Positions 10,397 through 22,964 of a stretch of 64,000 nt of DNA are shown piece after piece (within the stretch, counting starts at the first letter, position 1; each line of letters opens with the position of its first letter). The position numbers and the translations under genes are program-made. Below the pieces are notes generated by a model. The model did no database searches. It saw only the letters and a list, made by a program, of their open reading frames with translations, and was not told the DNA's origin. This DNA comes from Alphaproteobacteria bacterium (GTDB taxonomy: Bacteria > Pseudomonadota > Alphaproteobacteria > RF32 > CAG-239). Location: the NCBI GenBank assembly GCA_045615365.1, contig JAZLEQ010000010.1, positions 1,672 to 65,671 of the forward strand. Reading direction: 5' to 3'.

Positions 10397-11748
10397 TGCC
10401 AAACATAGCTTCATTTCTAAATCTTTTAGCCATAAACTTTCTCATCGTATCAATCCGCTTATTATCAACCCCCAAGACAGCGCGCATTGGCAATCAATTT
10501 GCCATTTTAGGAGTTTCATCTGCTCTGATTGGCGCCTTTATCTACCTAGACATTACACCATATTGGAAAACCATAGTGACTATTTTAGCCGGTTCTTTCA
10601 TTGGCATCTTTTGGGCAATAAAAGTAAAAATAACATCTCTTCCGCAAATGATTGCCGTTTTGAACGGTCTTGGCGGTCTTGCTGCTTTTCTGATAGGCAT
10701 TTCCGAATATTTTTCAAGTTCTTTCGACCGCTTTAGCGCAACATCAAACATTATCTTAGGCGGCATAACTTTTTCCGCATCAATTTTTGCATTTTTCAAG
10801 CTTCAGGGAATTTTACCTTCTCGAACTGCAACATTTCCCTTACAACACAGTCTCAACTTTCTCATTTTTCTTATCCTAACAGGATTATCTTTTTGTTTTA
10901 TAATCCATAATCATTCTACTCTCTTTCCTATTATCGCAATTCTAAGTATGCTTTTCGGCATAATGTTTGTAATTCCCATCGGCGGCGCCGATATGCCGGT
11001 CATCATATCATTTTTGAACTCTCTGTCAGGATGGGCAACCGTAAGCATTGGCTTTTCTTTCGACAACACAACATTAATAATTGTCGGAACAATTATCGGT
11101 GCAAGCGGACTGATATTAACCGAAATAATGAGCAAAGCCATGAATCGTTCTCTAACAAGCATCTTTTTCGGCAAAAACTCTTCGCATAATTCAACAGCAG
11201 AATCTTCCGACAAACACATCAACACTGCATTTCCTCAAGATGCCGCCTTTATCATGGAAAACTCTCAAAAGATTATCATTATTCCCGGATTTGGCATGGC
11301 CGCTTCCCAAGCACAATATTCTCTTAAAACAATGTCTGATTTACTAAAAAACAAATTTTCCGTTGATGTAAAATTTGCCGTTCATCCTGTTGCCGGACGA
11401 ATGCCCGGACATATGAACGTTCTTCTTGCCGAAGCCAATGTTGACTATTCCGAAGTTTATTCTCTTTCCGAGATCAACAACGATTTTTCCTCAACCGATG
11501 TAGCCTTCATAATCGGCGCCAACGACATCACCAACCCCAAAGCCCAAACAGACCCATCTTCCCCCATCTACGGTATGCCTGTTTTTGACGTAAGCAAAGC
11601 CAAAACAGTCTTTTTTGTAAAACGCTCTCTCGGAGAAGGCTATTCCGGAGTTGACAATCCGCTATTTTACACCCCCAACACCATCATGCTCTTTGGTGAT
11701 GCCAAAGAAATAACCGAACAAATTGTAAAAAGCTTGGAATCAAACTAA
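10396..11748 (+). CDS. pntB: NAD(P) transhydrogenase subunit beta
   Basis: 450 aa. Multi-TM N-terminal half plus a dIII NADP(H) domain (PGFGMAASQAQ, HPVAGRMPGHMNVLLAEA, GANDITNP). Confidence 0.9.
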   Translation: MPNIASFLNLLAINFLIVSIRLLSTPKTARIGNQFAILGVSSALIGAFIYLDITPYWKTIVTILAGSFIGIFWAIKVKITSLPQMIAVLNGLGGLAAFLIGISEYFSSSFDRFSATSNIILGGITFSASIFAFFKLQGILPSRTATFPLQHSLNFLIFLILTGLSFCFIIHNHSTLFPIIAILSMLFGIMFVIPIGGADMPVIISFLNSLSGWATVSIGFSFDNTTLIIVGTIIGASGLILTEIMSKAMNRSLTSIFFGKNSSHNSTAESSDKHINTAFPQDAAFIMENSQKIIIIPGFGMAASQAQYSLKTMSDLLKNKFSVDVKFAVHPVAGRMPGHMNVLLAEANVDYSEVYSLSEINNDFSSTDVAFIIGANDITNPKAQTDPSSPIYGMPVFDVSKAKTVFFVKRSLGEGYSGVDNPLFYTPNTIMLFGDAKEITEQIVKSLESN

Positions 11749-12320
11749 AAAGATGCCAACCTTAAAGCTATCTTTTCACACATTTTCTCAATCATTTCGC
11801 TTTGAAATTTCACAAACTGGGTATAATCATCCCCCATCACTTCACTATCTGAAAACTTTTCTCTAACCAGTGTTTTTCCGTTTCTATCAACCACATACCA
11901 CCAAGCTTCCAACACAGCTTCCTTGTCTTCAATCATATCAAAACGAACAATTTGCAGATTAACCAAATAATCAAATTTTTCAATCAATGACGCCTTTGCC
12001 TTCACAACGGCATTAGGCAAAAATGAACTTAAATCACCCACCACAACTCGCCTTATCATTGTATCCAAAGGCTCGCCCCATCGATTTGTTTCATCAATTT
12101 GCATCTGTAAATTATCTTCATCAAAAGAAACTATTTGTGGTCTATTCAAATAATCCGGCAGTTCAACCATATTAACCCCAACGCTAAATTTTTTCTCACT
12201 TACCGAGGCTTGCGAACCGTCAAAAATCTTTAGTTTATAAAAACTGCTTTTAGGCGAATATCCGCCCAAACAGGCACCCAACATACAAACTACAATCAAC
12301 AACAAAATCTTTTTCATCAT
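11745..12320 (-). CDS. ABC-transport auxiliary lipoprotein (PqiC/DUF330-like)
   Basis: 191 aa with lipobox VVCMLGAC. Last gene of the MCE transporter operon, overlapping the MCE gene by 4 nt. Confidence 0.5.
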   Translation of the reverse strand: MMKKILLLIVVCMLGACLGGYSPKSSFYKLKIFDGSQASVSEKKFSVGVNMVELPDYLNRPQIVSFDEDNLQMQIDETNRWGEPLDTMIRRVVVGDLSSFLPNAVVKAKASLIEKFDYLVNLQIVRFDMIEDKEAVLEAWWYVVDRNGKTLVREKFSDSEVMGDDYTQFVKFQSEMIEKMCEKIALRLASF

Positions 12321-13075
12321 TTTTTTCCTTTAATTAAAGCTTCCGGATGTTGTTCCAAATAGTCCGTTAAATTTTGTAGAGAGTTTGCAGCCTTACTCAC
12401 ACTCACCACCATATTATTAAAATTATTCAAAACTTCTTCTGCTGCAGCTTTGTTTTGTCCCACAAACTTTTCCAATCCGCCTATTGTTCTATCAATTTTC
12501 GGCATACTGTCATTTAAGCTTTTGAAAAATGTTGCAAAATTTTTCACACCTTCAGCCAATGGAATTTCTTGTAAACCTTTTGACAATTCACTCATTGTTG
12601 ACGGTGTTGTAGGAATCTCCAAATCTTTACCATCTCCATAATACCTCACCGGAGTTTCGGGCATCATTTCAAAGTCAATCATCAGTTGTCCCGTAACATA
12701 GCTCTGCGAAACAAGCCTTGCTCTCAAACCTTTAGCAACAAGCTCTTGCAATATTTCTTTTCCGCTTTTGTCTTCTCCTTTATTATCCAACGACTTTTTT
12801 TGCATCCTTGCATACACAGGAATACTAAAAGACAAATCTTCCATATTTGTCATAATTTCAATTTTACTCACCTCACCGATTTTAACGCCTTTAAACACCA
12901 CCGGCGACCCCACAGTCAATCCTTTAATCGATTCGTCAAAATACATCACAATTTCTCTTCCTCTGTTTGCAAACAATTTATTTTGCAACAAAGCCCCCAA
13001 AACAGCCGCCATAGCAACTATTCCCAACACCATAAACAAACCTATCATTTTTTTGTTTGGCTGCCTTGACATCAC
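12317..13075 (-). CDS. MCE/MlaD-family substrate-binding protein
   Basis: 252 aa. N-terminal anchor plus an MCE domain (YFDESIKGLTVGSPVVFKGVKIGEVSKIEI). Confidence 0.8.
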   Translation of the reverse strand: MMSRQPNKKMIGLFMVLGIVAMAAVLGALLQNKLFANRGREIVMYFDESIKGLTVGSPVVFKGVKIGEVSKIEIMTNMEDLSFSIPVYARMQKKSLDNKGEDKSGKEILQELVAKGLRARLVSQSYVTGQLMIDFEMMPETPVRYYGDGKDLEIPTTPSTMSELSKGLQEIPLAEGVKNFATFFKSLNDSMPKIDRTIGGLEKFVGQNKAAAEEVLNNFNNMVVSVSKAANSLQNLTDYLEQHPEALIKGKK

Positions 13076-13845
13076 TTTTTTCCTCCCCTCAAAAATTTCA
13101 AAACATTTTCATTTGGCGGGTTTTTCAACAAATCCTTAGGATTACCTCTTGCCGTAACGGTTTTTGCATCCGCATCTAAAAATATTGAATTACTTGCAAT
13201 CGTAAAAATAGATCTCAACTCATGTGTAATAACCACAATAGTAGTTCCCAAGCTCTCATTAATCTCCAAAATCAATTCATCAAGCAAATTAGAACTCACC
13301 GGATCCAATCCTGCAGAGGGCTCATCAAAATATAAAATTTCCGGATCCAAAGCCAATGCACGAGCCAATCCTGCTCTTTTTTTCATACCACCGCTGATTT
13401 CAGCGGGATAAAAATCTTCATATCCTTTCAGTCCCACCAAAGCCAACTTCAAGCTCACCAAATCATCAACCATATTCTTTGAAAAATCGGTATATTGTTG
13501 CAATGGCAACGCCACATTTTCTGCCAAAGTCATCGAACTGAACAACGCACCGCTTTGATACAAAATTCCGCATTTTTGCATTATTTTTTTTTGTTTTTTT
13601 TCGCTTTGAGAATAAAAATCCATTTCATCAATTAAGATTTTACCTTTTGTCGGTTTCTTCAGCCCTGTCATCACTCTCATTAACGAGCTTTTACCACAAC
13701 CTGACCCCCCCATAATAATAAAAACATCTCCTTTGTTAACTTCGAAATCAACCTTTTGCATCAACACATTATCACCGTATGCAACGGTCAAATTATCGCC
13801 TTTGATTTTCACATTTTTGTTAATCATATTCCCATCACCTGACAA
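13072..13845 (-). CDS. ABC transporter ATP-binding protein (MlaF-like)
   Basis: 257 aa, with Walker A GGSGCGKSS, signature SGGMKKR and Walker B ILYFDEPSAGLD. Confidence 0.9.
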   Translation of the reverse strand: MSGDGNMINKNVKIKGDNLTVAYGDNVLMQKVDFEVNKGDVFIIMGGSGCGKSSLMRVMTGLKKPTKGKILIDEMDFYSQSEKKQKKIMQKCGILYQSGALFSSMTLAENVALPLQQYTDFSKNMVDDLVSLKLALVGLKGYEDFYPAEISGGMKKRAGLARALALDPEILYFDEPSAGLDPVSSNLLDELILEINESLGTTIVVITHELRSIFTIASNSIFLDADAKTVTARGNPKDLLKNPPNENVLKFLRGGKK

Positions 13846-14930
13846 ATCAAAGTTAAGAATCCTGTCACCACGATCATAATAACAATCGACGAAACAACCG
13901 CTTTTGTTGTTGCCTCACCAACACTTTCGGCTTTTCTTCCGCAACTGACACCATAATAACAACCGCAACAAGAAATTATAATCCCATACACAAAACCATG
14001 GAAAATACCCACCAAAAAATTAGTTAAACCGAAAGCATCTGTTGAGAATTGCAAATATTGCGCAGCCGAAATATCCAAAGCCAATACCGCAACAAAAGCA
14101 CCACCTATCATCCCCATAATATCAGCCAACATTGTAAGAAACGGCATAGCTATAATCAAAGACAACATCCTCGGCAACACCAAAAAATCAAAAACCGAAA
14201 AGCCAAATGTTTTTAACGCATCAACTTCTTCATTAACCTGCATTGTCCCGATTGTTGCCGCATACGAAGCGCCCGTTCTGCCGGCCATTATAATACCGAC
14301 CATAATAGCACCCATAATTCTTATCATGCCTATTGTAACCAACGATGCCACATAAATTTGCGCATCAAACATTTTAAGTTGAATAGCACCTACAAAGGCT
14401 AAAATAAGCCCCACCATAAAGCTGACCAAACATACAATTCCCACAGCCTTATAAGTGCAATTTTCCAAAGCAAATTCAAAATCAATTTTTCGCATAACAG
14501 ACCTATTCAAAAACAGCCTGCCAAACGACTTCATTGTTTCATTCAAGAAAGTTAAAGCTCTTACTGCGCTTTCGCCCCAAAGGATTCCTTTTTCACCAAA
14601 ATTTTCCAACCAACCTGCTTTATTACCGACAAGCTTATTTTCAGGTTTTCTGTCAACTTCCAAAGCCAATTCAAGCAACTGCGCCAAATTTTTCGGGAGT
14701 TTTTTCATATCGACCTCAACACCCGAATTTTTCGCTTCATCAACAATCTTATACAAAACCGCCAACAAAGCAGAATTCCAATTTACCAACTTGTCGCAAT
14801 CAAACCCTATTTCATTAATCTCGCCAAACCTGTCCGTAACATTTCCGACATCAAAATCAAACTCCTGCCGAAAATCTCCTTCCGGCATCAATATCATCTT
14901 ACTATTATCAATCTCAAACTTTAAATTCAT
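13824..14930 (-). CDS. MlaE-family ABC permease with N-terminal STAS/MlaB-like domain
   Basis: 368 aa. A soluble N-terminal ~110 aa is followed by a 5-6 TM MlaE/Ttg2B-like permease. Overlaps the ATPase gene. Confidence 0.8.
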   Translation of the reverse strand: MNLKFEIDNSKMILMPEGDFRQEFDFDVGNVTDRFGEINEIGFDCDKLVNWNSALLAVLYKIVDEAKNSGVEVDMKKLPKNLAQLLELALEVDRKPENKLVGNKAGWLENFGEKGILWGESAVRALTFLNETMKSFGRLFLNRSVMRKIDFEFALENCTYKAVGIVCLVSFMVGLILAFVGAIQLKMFDAQIYVASLVTIGMIRIMGAIMVGIIMAGRTGASYAATIGTMQVNEEVDALKTFGFSVFDFLVLPRMLSLIIAMPFLTMLADIMGMIGGAFVAVLALDISAAQYLQFSTDAFGLTNFLVGIFHGFVYGIIISCCGCYYGVSCGRKAESVGEATTKAVVSSIVIMIVVTGFLTLICQVMGI

Positions 14931-15014
14931 ATTTTCAAAATTTCTCTACCATTTACCATATTATATAAACCGTATTTCTTAAAAGCAAGCCTTCGACTTT
15001 ATAAATTAGTATGT

Positions 15015-15041
15015 AAAAAAGCCCCAAGAATTTCTTGAGGC
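15015..15041 (-). terminator. rho-independent terminator after pgk
   Basis: Minus-strand RNA GCCUCAAG-AAAUU-CUUGGGGC followed by U6. Confidence 0.7.
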
Positions 15042-15064
15042 TTTCATTACAAGCTGTGTTTCGA

Positions 15065-16273
15065 TTATTTTTTCAAAACAACAACACCCGGCAATTCTTT
15101 TCCTTCCATCCATTCAAGAAAAGCTCCGCCTGCAGTTGATATATATGAAAATTTCTTTTCAACACCGGCATTAGCCAAAGCAGAAACAGTATCACCACCG
15201 CCGGCAACCGACATCAATTTTCCTGCTTGAGTTAACTCTGCAGCATGTTCGGCCACAGCATTTGTAGCAGTGTCAAACGGCTTCATTTCAAACACACCCA
15301 AAGGACCGTTCCAAACCAAAGTTGCACTTTCGTCCAATTCCTTGTTAATTGCGGCAATGGTTTTTTCACCCACATCCAACAAGCTCCATCCTTCAGCAGG
15401 TATTTCATCCAAAGAAACTGTTTTATGTTCGGCCATAGGCTTAAATTCCTTAGAAACAACCACATCAGAAGGCAAAACAATTTTGCAATTATTTTCTTTT
15501 GCTGTAGCCATAATTTCTTTAGCAGTATCCAACATATCCATTTGCACCAAAGAATTAGCTTCATTCACAGTATCGATTCCGCTTGCTTTCATGAAAGTGT
15601 GGGCCATACCACCGGAAATCACCAACTTATCAACTTTTTTCACCAAGTTATTGAGCAAATCCAATTTTGTAGAAACCTTAGAACCGCCAACAATTGCAAT
15701 CAACGGACGCTTCGGATCATTCAACCCTTTAGACAATGCATTAACTTCTTCTTCCATCAGGCGTCCAAAAGCCGACGGACGCATTTTAACGGCAGCCACC
15801 ATTGAAGCATGGTCACGATGAGCTGTTGAGAAAGCATCAGAAACATAAACATCAACATTTGCAACCAGTTCTTTAGCAAAGTTTTCGTCACCTTTTTTCT
15901 CTTCTTTATAAAAACGCAAATTTTCAAGCAACAAAACTTCATCAGCGCTCATATTTTTAATTGCGTTTGCAACATCTTCGCCGATACAATCACCGACAAA
16001 AACGACCTTTTTACCCAAAGCTTTTTCCAAATCTTTAACGATATGAGTCAAAGAATTTGCCATATCGCCCTTACCTTCCGGACGTCCCAAGTGAGATGTA
16101 ACCACAACTTTAGCACCTTTTGCCATCAACTCTTTAATAGTCGGCACAGTGCGGTCAATACGAGCAGTATTGGTAACTTCGAATTTTTCATTCATCGGCA
16201 CATTCAAATCGGCACGCAACATAACCACTTTACCGTTCAAATCACCCAAATCGTCAATAGTTTTATATTCCAT
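15065..16273 (-). CDS. pgk: phosphoglycerate kinase
   Basis: 402 aa, full length, with RADLNVP near the N-terminus and AGGGDTVSA near the C-terminus. Confidence 0.95.
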   Translation of the reverse strand: MEYKTIDDLGDLNGKVVMLRADLNVPMNEKFEVTNTARIDRTVPTIKELMAKGAKVVVTSHLGRPEGKGDMANSLTHIVKDLEKALGKKVVFVGDCIGEDVANAIKNMSADEVLLLENLRFYKEEKKGDENFAKELVANVDVYVSDAFSTAHRDHASMVAAVKMRPSAFGRLMEEEVNALSKGLNDPKRPLIAIVGGSKVSTKLDLLNNLVKKVDKLVISGGMAHTFMKASGIDTVNEANSLVQMDMLDTAKEIMATAKENNCKIVLPSDVVVSKEFKPMAEHKTVSLDEIPAEGWSLLDVGEKTIAAINKELDESATLVWNGPLGVFEMKPFDTATNAVAEHAAELTQAGKLMSVAGGGDTVSALANAGVEKKFSYISTAGGAFLEWMEGKELPGVVVLKK

Positions 16274-16299
16274 ATTTTTTTCCTCAATAATCTTAATAA

Positions 16300-16336
16300 A
16301 AAAAACAAAACCCCTATCTTTTTTTGATAGGGGTTT
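16300..16336 (-). terminator. rho-independent terminator after gap
   Basis: Minus-strand CCCCUAUC-A7-GAUAGGGG followed by UUUUGUUUUU. Confidence 0.7.
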
Positions 16337-16348
16337 ATAAGCTAAGAA

Positions 16349-17482
<1,134 letters not shown>

Positions 17483-17577
17483 TCAAAGCATACTAAAGCA
17501 CAAAAAAGTGCCTTCTTGACTAATCAGTCCGTCGGCCTTAAAAATTAATAAATATAAAAACATAAAAGGAACAAAAA

Positions 17578-18231
17578 ATGTCTTCCGCCTCACTAACAAA
17601 ATATTCCCCCAAAGAAGAACTATGGAATTGCATTATCCATGGCATTGGCATCGGATTAAGCATAGCGGGTCTTGTTTTACTGATAGTTTTTTCATCTCTA
17701 TACGGCGATGTTTGGACCATCATTTCAACCATCATCTTCGGCACCAGCATGACTGTTTTATACACGGCCTCAACCCTATACCATGCCTTCAAAAACGAAC
17801 AAATAAAAAAATGCTTAAAAAAATTTGATCACATATCCATATACTATCTTATTGCAGGCAGCTATACTCCGTTTTTACTCGTATGCCTCAGAGACTCAAT
17901 CGGATGGACAATGTTTGGCATTGTCTGGTTCTTAGCAATTCTCGGAACCATCCTCAAATTAAAAACATCCGGCAGCGGCACAAAAATATGGTCTTTAAGC
18001 CTTTATTTAGCCATGGGTTGGCTCGTAGTTTTTGCCTCAAAATCCCTACTTGCCAAACTCCCGTCCATAGGTCTCACCTTTTTGATTATAGGCGGAATGT
18101 TCTACACCTTTGGAATATTATTCTACATATGGAAAAGCAAACAATACACCCACGCAATTTGGCACTTTTGTGTTTTAACAGGAACAGTCATGCACTTTTT
18201 TGCCATCCTTTACTCCTGTGTCCTGATTTAA
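17578..18231 (+). CDS. hemolysin III / PAQR family membrane protein
   Basis: 217 aa, 7 TM. Has an EELWNCIIHGIG N-terminal motif and conserved His residues (HAFK, HISIY, HAIWH). Confidence 0.85.
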   Translation: MSSASLTKYSPKEELWNCIIHGIGIGLSIAGLVLLIVFSSLYGDVWTIISTIIFGTSMTVLYTASTLYHAFKNEQIKKCLKKFDHISIYYLIAGSYTPFLLVCLRDSIGWTMFGIVWFLAILGTILKLKTSGSGTKIWSLSLYLAMGWLVVFASKSLLAKLPSIGLTFLIIGGMFYTFGILFYIWKSKQYTHAIWHFCVLTGTVMHFFAILYSCVLI

Positions 18232-18249
18232 TAAGCTGCAATCACATAA

Positions 18250-18287
18250 AAAAACAGGCTTCGTTTTTTACCCGAAGCCTGTTTTTC
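18250..18287. terminator. bidirectional terminator between hlyIII and infB
   Basis: CAGGCUUCG / CGAAGCCUG stem flanked by an A-run and a T-run. Confidence 0.7.
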
Positions 18288-18290
18288 TTA

Positions 18291-20762
18291 TTACAATTTT
18301 GCGGCAATTTCTTCAATTTCATAACATTCAATAAAGTCACCTTTTTGAATATCATTATAATTTTCAAACGAAATACCGCATTCAAAGCCTTCCTTAACTT
18401 CTTTAACATCATCTTTGAAACGTTTAAGCTGCCCGATTGCGCCGTCATGAATAACCACATTATCACGCAGCAATCTGATTTTGGCTCCGCGCTTAACCAT
18501 ACCTTCGGTAATCATGCATCCTCCAACCTTACCCACACCGGTAATATTGTAAACTTCTCTAATTTCAGCATAACCGAGTAATTTTTCTTTCAACTCAGGC
18601 GAAAGCATTCCTTCCAAGCCTTTCTTAATATCATCCAACACATCATAAATGATTGAATAATACTTAATTTCAACCCCATCACGTCTAGCCATATCACGAG
18701 CCTGAGCATTTGCGCGAACATTAAATCCCACGATAAGTGCGTGAGAGGCTTTTGCCAAAGTAACATCCGATTCCGAAATTCCGCCAACAGCTGAATGTAA
18801 AATCTGCACACTAACTTCATCATTCGAAAGTTTCGAAACAGTGCCTTCAATAGCTTCAATCGAACCTTGAACATCGCCCTTAATAATAATAGGCAAATGC
18901 TTAACTTCACCCGATTTAATCTTATCCAACATCTGTTCCATGGCAGATTTTGCCGATTTAACCAATTTGGCTTCGCGTTCTTTTCTTATACGATAACCGG
19001 TAATCTCTTTGGCCTTGCTTTCATCGGCAACAACAATAATATCATCGCCCGCTGACGGAGTTCCTTGCAATCCCAAAATTTCAACCGGAGTAGCAGGACC
19101 GGCTTCCAACATTTTTTGTCCGTGCTCATTAAACATGGCACGCACATGTCCCCATTCCTTACCTGCAATCACCACATCACCGATTTTAAGCGTTCCTTTT
19201 TGCACCAAAGCGGTAACAACGGTTCCTCGTCCCTTTTCCATTTTGGCTTCAACAACCACTCCTTCACCATTACGATTCGGATTTGCTTTTAAATCAAGCA
19301 TTTCAGCCTGCAACAAAATAGCTTCCACCAACTTATCAATATTCATTCGTTTTTTAGCCGAAACTTCTGCACACAAGCATTCTCCCCCCATTTCTTCAAC
19401 ACCGATTCCGTGTTGCAACAACGAGGTTTTAACCTTCATCGGATCAGCCGCCGGCAAGTCAATTTTATTAATAGCCACAACAATTGGCACTTCAGCCGCC
19501 TGAGCATGACGAATAGCCTCGATTGTCTGCGGCATAATTCCGTCATTTGCAGCCACCACCAAAACCACAATATCCGTAACTTTTGCACCTCGCGCTCTCA
19601 TTTCTGAGAATGCTTCGTGCCCTGGTGTATCAATAAATGTAATTTTATCACCTGATTGAACAGTAATCTGATAAGCACCTATGTGCTGAGTAATACCGCC
19701 GGCCTCTCTTGCCACCACATTTGTCTCTCGCAATGCATCCAACAACGATGTCTTACCATGATCAACGTGTCCCATAACGGTAACGACCGGAGCTCTGGGC
19801 AATAATTGCTCTTCAGTATCTTTTTGCCCATACAAATCCTCTTCCACATCACTATCGGCAACACGTTTAAACTTATGCCCGAATTCCTCAACAATAATCT
19901 GAGCCGTATCGGCATCTATCGGTTGGTTAATAGTAGCCATAACCCCCAAAGACATCAATTTTTTAATAACTTCGGCCGACTTTTCCGCCATTCTGTTTGC
20001 CAACTCTTGAACTGTGATAATCTCCGGAATAATCACTTCCTTTATCACTTTTTCTGCGGGAGTTGCCTGAACAACCGGCTTAGGTTGCTTTTTCTTAAAT
20101 CTGCGACGCGGAGCTCCAAAACCGTAATCATCGTCGTCATCATCCGTTCCTATATTATGAATACTGACTTTTGGCGAACGTCTTTGAGTCTCAAACGAGC
20201 GTTTTGTAATTTGTTTTTTTCGTTCCTGTTCAAAAACTTCTTCTTTAGAATAAGCCTTTTTTCCTGATGGCAAATCATCTTCGTCATCATCAAAATCTCT
20301 CTTTTGTCTTTCCTTAAACTTACTCAAAGCTCTGTTATCAGTCTCATTTTGAACTTCGGCATGGACTTCGGTTTTAGCTTTTTCGGCTTTTGCTTTTTCA
20401 GCTTCCTCACGAGCCTTTTCTTCGCTAAGACGTTTTTCCTCAGCTTCTTTTTCTTGCTGCAATCTTAAAGCCTCTTCTTTTTGTTTTTGACGCAACAAAT
20501 TACGTTCTTCTTCTTCCTGACGACGTTTATTATCAAACTCTTTTGCTTCTGCAATAAGTTTCAACTTAGCAGCTGTTTGCTCATCAATTTCAGTTTTCGC
20601 AGACACTTGTTGCTGATTTTGTCCGATAACTCTTTTTTTGCGCACTTCGACCTGCACAACTTTTTTATTATCTGAATTTTGTGTCTTTGCACCTCCCAAC
20701 TTCAATGTCAAGGTAGGTTTTCCTGATAATGTTAATTTTGTTTTTGCATTATCTTCTGTCAT
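18291..20762 (-). CDS. infB: translation initiation factor IF-2
   Basis: 823 aa. G domain [24 protein letters not shown], preceded by a Lys/Glu-rich N-terminal region. Confidence 0.95.
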   Translation of the reverse strand: MTEDNAKTKLTLSGKPTLTLKLGGAKTQNSDNKKVVQVEVRKKRVIGQNQQQVSAKTEIDEQTAAKLKLIAEAKEFDNKRRQEEEERNLLRQKQKEEALRLQQEKEAEEKRLSEEKAREEAEKAKAEKAKTEVHAEVQNETDNRALSKFKERQKRDFDDDEDDLPSGKKAYSKEEVFEQERKKQITKRSFETQRRSPKVSIHNIGTDDDDDDYGFGAPRRRFKKKQPKPVVQATPAEKVIKEVIIPEIITVQELANRMAEKSAEVIKKLMSLGVMATINQPIDADTAQIIVEEFGHKFKRVADSDVEEDLYGQKDTEEQLLPRAPVVTVMGHVDHGKTSLLDALRETNVVAREAGGITQHIGAYQITVQSGDKITFIDTPGHEAFSEMRARGAKVTDIVVLVVAANDGIMPQTIEAIRHAQAAEVPIVVAINKIDLPAADPMKVKTSLLQHGIGVEEMGGECLCAEVSAKKRMNIDKLVEAILLQAEMLDLKANPNRNGEGVVVEAKMEKGRGTVVTALVQKGTLKIGDVVIAGKEWGHVRAMFNEHGQKMLEAGPATPVEILGLQGTPSAGDDIIVVADESKAKEITGYRIRKEREAKLVKSAKSAMEQMLDKIKSGEVKHLPIIIKGDVQGSIEAIEGTVSKLSNDEVSVQILHSAVGGISESDVTLAKASHALIVGFNVRANAQARDMARRDGVEIKYYSIIYDVLDDIKKGLEGMLSPELKEKLLGYAEIREVYNITGVGKVGGCMITEGMVKRGAKIRLLRDNVVIHDGAIGQLKRFKDDVKEVKEGFECGISFENYNDIQKGDFIECYEIEEIAAKL

Positions 20763-20792
20763 ATATTTATACTCTCCGTATCAATTTTAATT

Positions 20793-21362
20793 TTAACTAT
20801 TTAAGAAGGAAGCCAAACGAGCAAGTGTTTGCCTGACTGCTTCTGCCATTTTATCTTTTCTGAAAGCCAAATGAACCGTATTATCTTTTGCTAATTCTTT
20901 GTCCAACTCCTCAATCTTAAATAACACAAAAACTTCCAAATTTTTAGCCAACGCCATAATTTTATTATGACCGTCTTCAGCCGCGTCAGAAGCTTCCAAC
21001 AAGAACGAAGCTTTTCCGCTTTTCAAAAGCTCTTTAACCTTATCCATCCCGCAAACCAAGCTTCCGGCTTTACGAGCCAACGAAACCGACGACAACGCGG
21101 TCTTAGTAAGCACCGTTTCAACTTGTTCAATCAACTTTTCGTCAACCTCAACCTTTTTTTTCAAAGCCTTAGCAAACAAATTTGCTGCGACAGCCTTTTG
21201 TAACGATGTTTTTGCATTAACCACATAAACACCTTTTCCCGACAATTTTTTCTTAAAATCAGGAACAATCTGATTTTCCGGTGTAACAACAAAACGCAAC
21301 AACTTCTCTTTTTCAAGAATCTGTCCCGTCACAATACACTTTCTTGTTGTTTCCTGTTTCAT
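20793..21362 (-). CDS. ylxR: YlxR (DUF448)/L7Ae-like fused RNA-binding protein
   Basis: 189 aa. RKCIVTGQ...LLRFV...GKGVYV N-terminal half. Lies in the conserved position between nusA and infB. Confidence 0.75.
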   Translation of the reverse strand: MKQETTRKCIVTGQILEKEKLLRFVVTPENQIVPDFKKKLSGKGVYVVNAKTSLQKAVAANLFAKALKKKVEVDEKLIEQVETVLTKTALSSVSLARKAGSLVCGMDKVKELLKSGKASFLLEASDAAEDGHNKIMALAKNLEVFVLFKIEELDKELAKDNTVHLAFRKDKMAEAVRQTLARLASFLNS

Positions 21363-21414
21363 AAAAACCCTCGTTAAATTTCATTTGGGGCGGCAAAAAC
21401 CGCCCCAAAACATT

Positions 21415-22929
21415 TTACTCCTCAAACCAATGAGCTCTGGCTGCCATAATAACTTTTTCAGCTTCTTTAGCCGACAAAACATTTTCTCCGATAATTTCAA
21501 TCAACTCATCGGTAGCCAAATCAGCCAAATCATCAATTGTTCTTATGTCATTATTAGCCAAAATCAAAAGCATATCCTTATCCAAACCTTCGATTGATTG
21601 CAATTTTTCATCCAAGCCCAAAGTTTTGCTTTTTTCTTCGAATTCTTGATTGCGTTTTTCAACATATTCTTTTGCACGTCTTTGCAATTCTTGAGCCACT
21701 TCTTCGTCAAAACCTTCAATTTCCGACAATTCAGACAAATCAACCATGGCAACTTCATCAACATTAGAAAAACCTTCTGCAATCAACAAATGAGCAATCA
21801 TCTCATCCACATCCAAAGCTTCCATAAATCTTTGAGAGCGAACTTTATTTTCATTTGAACGACGCTCTTGTTCTTGCTCTTCAGTCAACACATCAATATC
21901 ACATCCCAACAAAATAGATGCCAACTTCACATTTTGTCCTCTGCGACCGATTGCAATAGAAAACTGTTCTTGCGGAACAACAGCCTCAATACGATTATTT
22001 TCTTCATCAATAACCACCTTAGTTACTTCAGCCGGAGCCAAAGCGCTAACCATAAACTGAGCTCTGTCTTCAGAATAAGGCACAATATCAATTTTTTCGC
22101 CTTGCAATTCATTAACAACGGCCTGAACTCTGATACCGCGCAATCCCACGCAAGCACCAACAGCATCAATAGTAACATCATCTGTTCTTACTGCAATTTT
22201 TGCTTTAGATCCCGGATCACGAGCAACGCCCACAATTTGAATAATTCCGTCATAAATTTCGGGCACTTCGGAAGTAAACAATTTTGCCAAAAACTCCGGA
22301 CATGTGCGCGACAAGAAAATTTGCGGACCTTTATTTTCGCGTCTAACATCCAAGACATAAGCTCTGATTCTGTCACCGGTTTTGAATTTTTCTCTGGGAA
22401 TAATCTCATCGCGACGCAAAATAGCCTCAGTTTTACCCATATCGACGGTAACCCCGTTATATTCAACTCTTTTAACAACGCCGTTAATAATTGTTCCGAT
22501 TTTTTCCTTATATTCTTCAAATTGCTTATTTCTTTCAGCATCACGAACTTTTTGCACAATAACTTGTTTTGCTGTTTGCGCTGCGATACGTCCGAAATCA
22601 ATTGAAGGCAATTCATCAATAATAAATTCTCCAACCTTAATATCCGGATTATAAGCCTGGGCTTCGTCTAAAGTAATTTGAGTTGTTTCGTTTTCTATTG
22701 CATTTTCATCAGCCACAACTTCACGATATCTGGCCAACGAAATTGCACCGTTTTTACGGTCAATCACAGCTCTGATATCATGTTCACTTCCATACTTTGA
22801 ACGAGCAGATTTTTGAATAGCTATTTCCATAGCAACCAAAACGTCGTCTTTATCAATATTTTTTTCTCTGGCGACAGTATCTGCAACCAAGATAATTTCG
22901 GGTCTGGGCATATTTCCTTTTTCTTGCAT
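21415..22929 (-). CDS. nusA: transcription termination/antitermination factor NusA
   Basis: 504 aa. N-terminal domain, S1, two KH domains (IGRRGQNVKLAS) and an acidic C-terminal HhH repeat region. Confidence 0.95.
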   Translation of the reverse strand: MQEKGNMPRPEIILVADTVAREKNIDKDDVLVAMEIAIQKSARSKYGSEHDIRAVIDRKNGAISLARYREVVADENAIENETTQITLDEAQAYNPDIKVGEFIIDELPSIDFGRIAAQTAKQVIVQKVRDAERNKQFEEYKEKIGTIINGVVKRVEYNGVTVDMGKTEAILRRDEIIPREKFKTGDRIRAYVLDVRRENKGPQIFLSRTCPEFLAKLFTSEVPEIYDGIIQIVGVARDPGSKAKIAVRTDDVTIDAVGACVGLRGIRVQAVVNELQGEKIDIVPYSEDRAQFMVSALAPAEVTKVVIDEENNRIEAVVPQEQFSIAIGRRGQNVKLASILLGCDIDVLTEEQEQERRSNENKVRSQRFMEALDVDEMIAHLLIAEGFSNVDEVAMVDLSELSEIEGFDEEVAQELQRRAKEYVEKRNQEFEEKSKTLGLDEKLQSIEGLDKDMLLILANNDIRTIDDLADLATDELIEIIGENVLSAKEAEKVIMAARAHWFEE

Positions 22930-22964
22930 TTTATCCTCTATACAAAAAATATAAGTTAATCAAA

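Noticed and set aside
21387-21406. GGGGCGG-CAAAAA-CCGCCCC hairpin between nusA and ylxR as a terminator
   Set aside because: No U-run follows it on the transcribed (minus) strand, and the genes form a conserved operon. It may be an RNA processing or stability element, but I cannot support a call.
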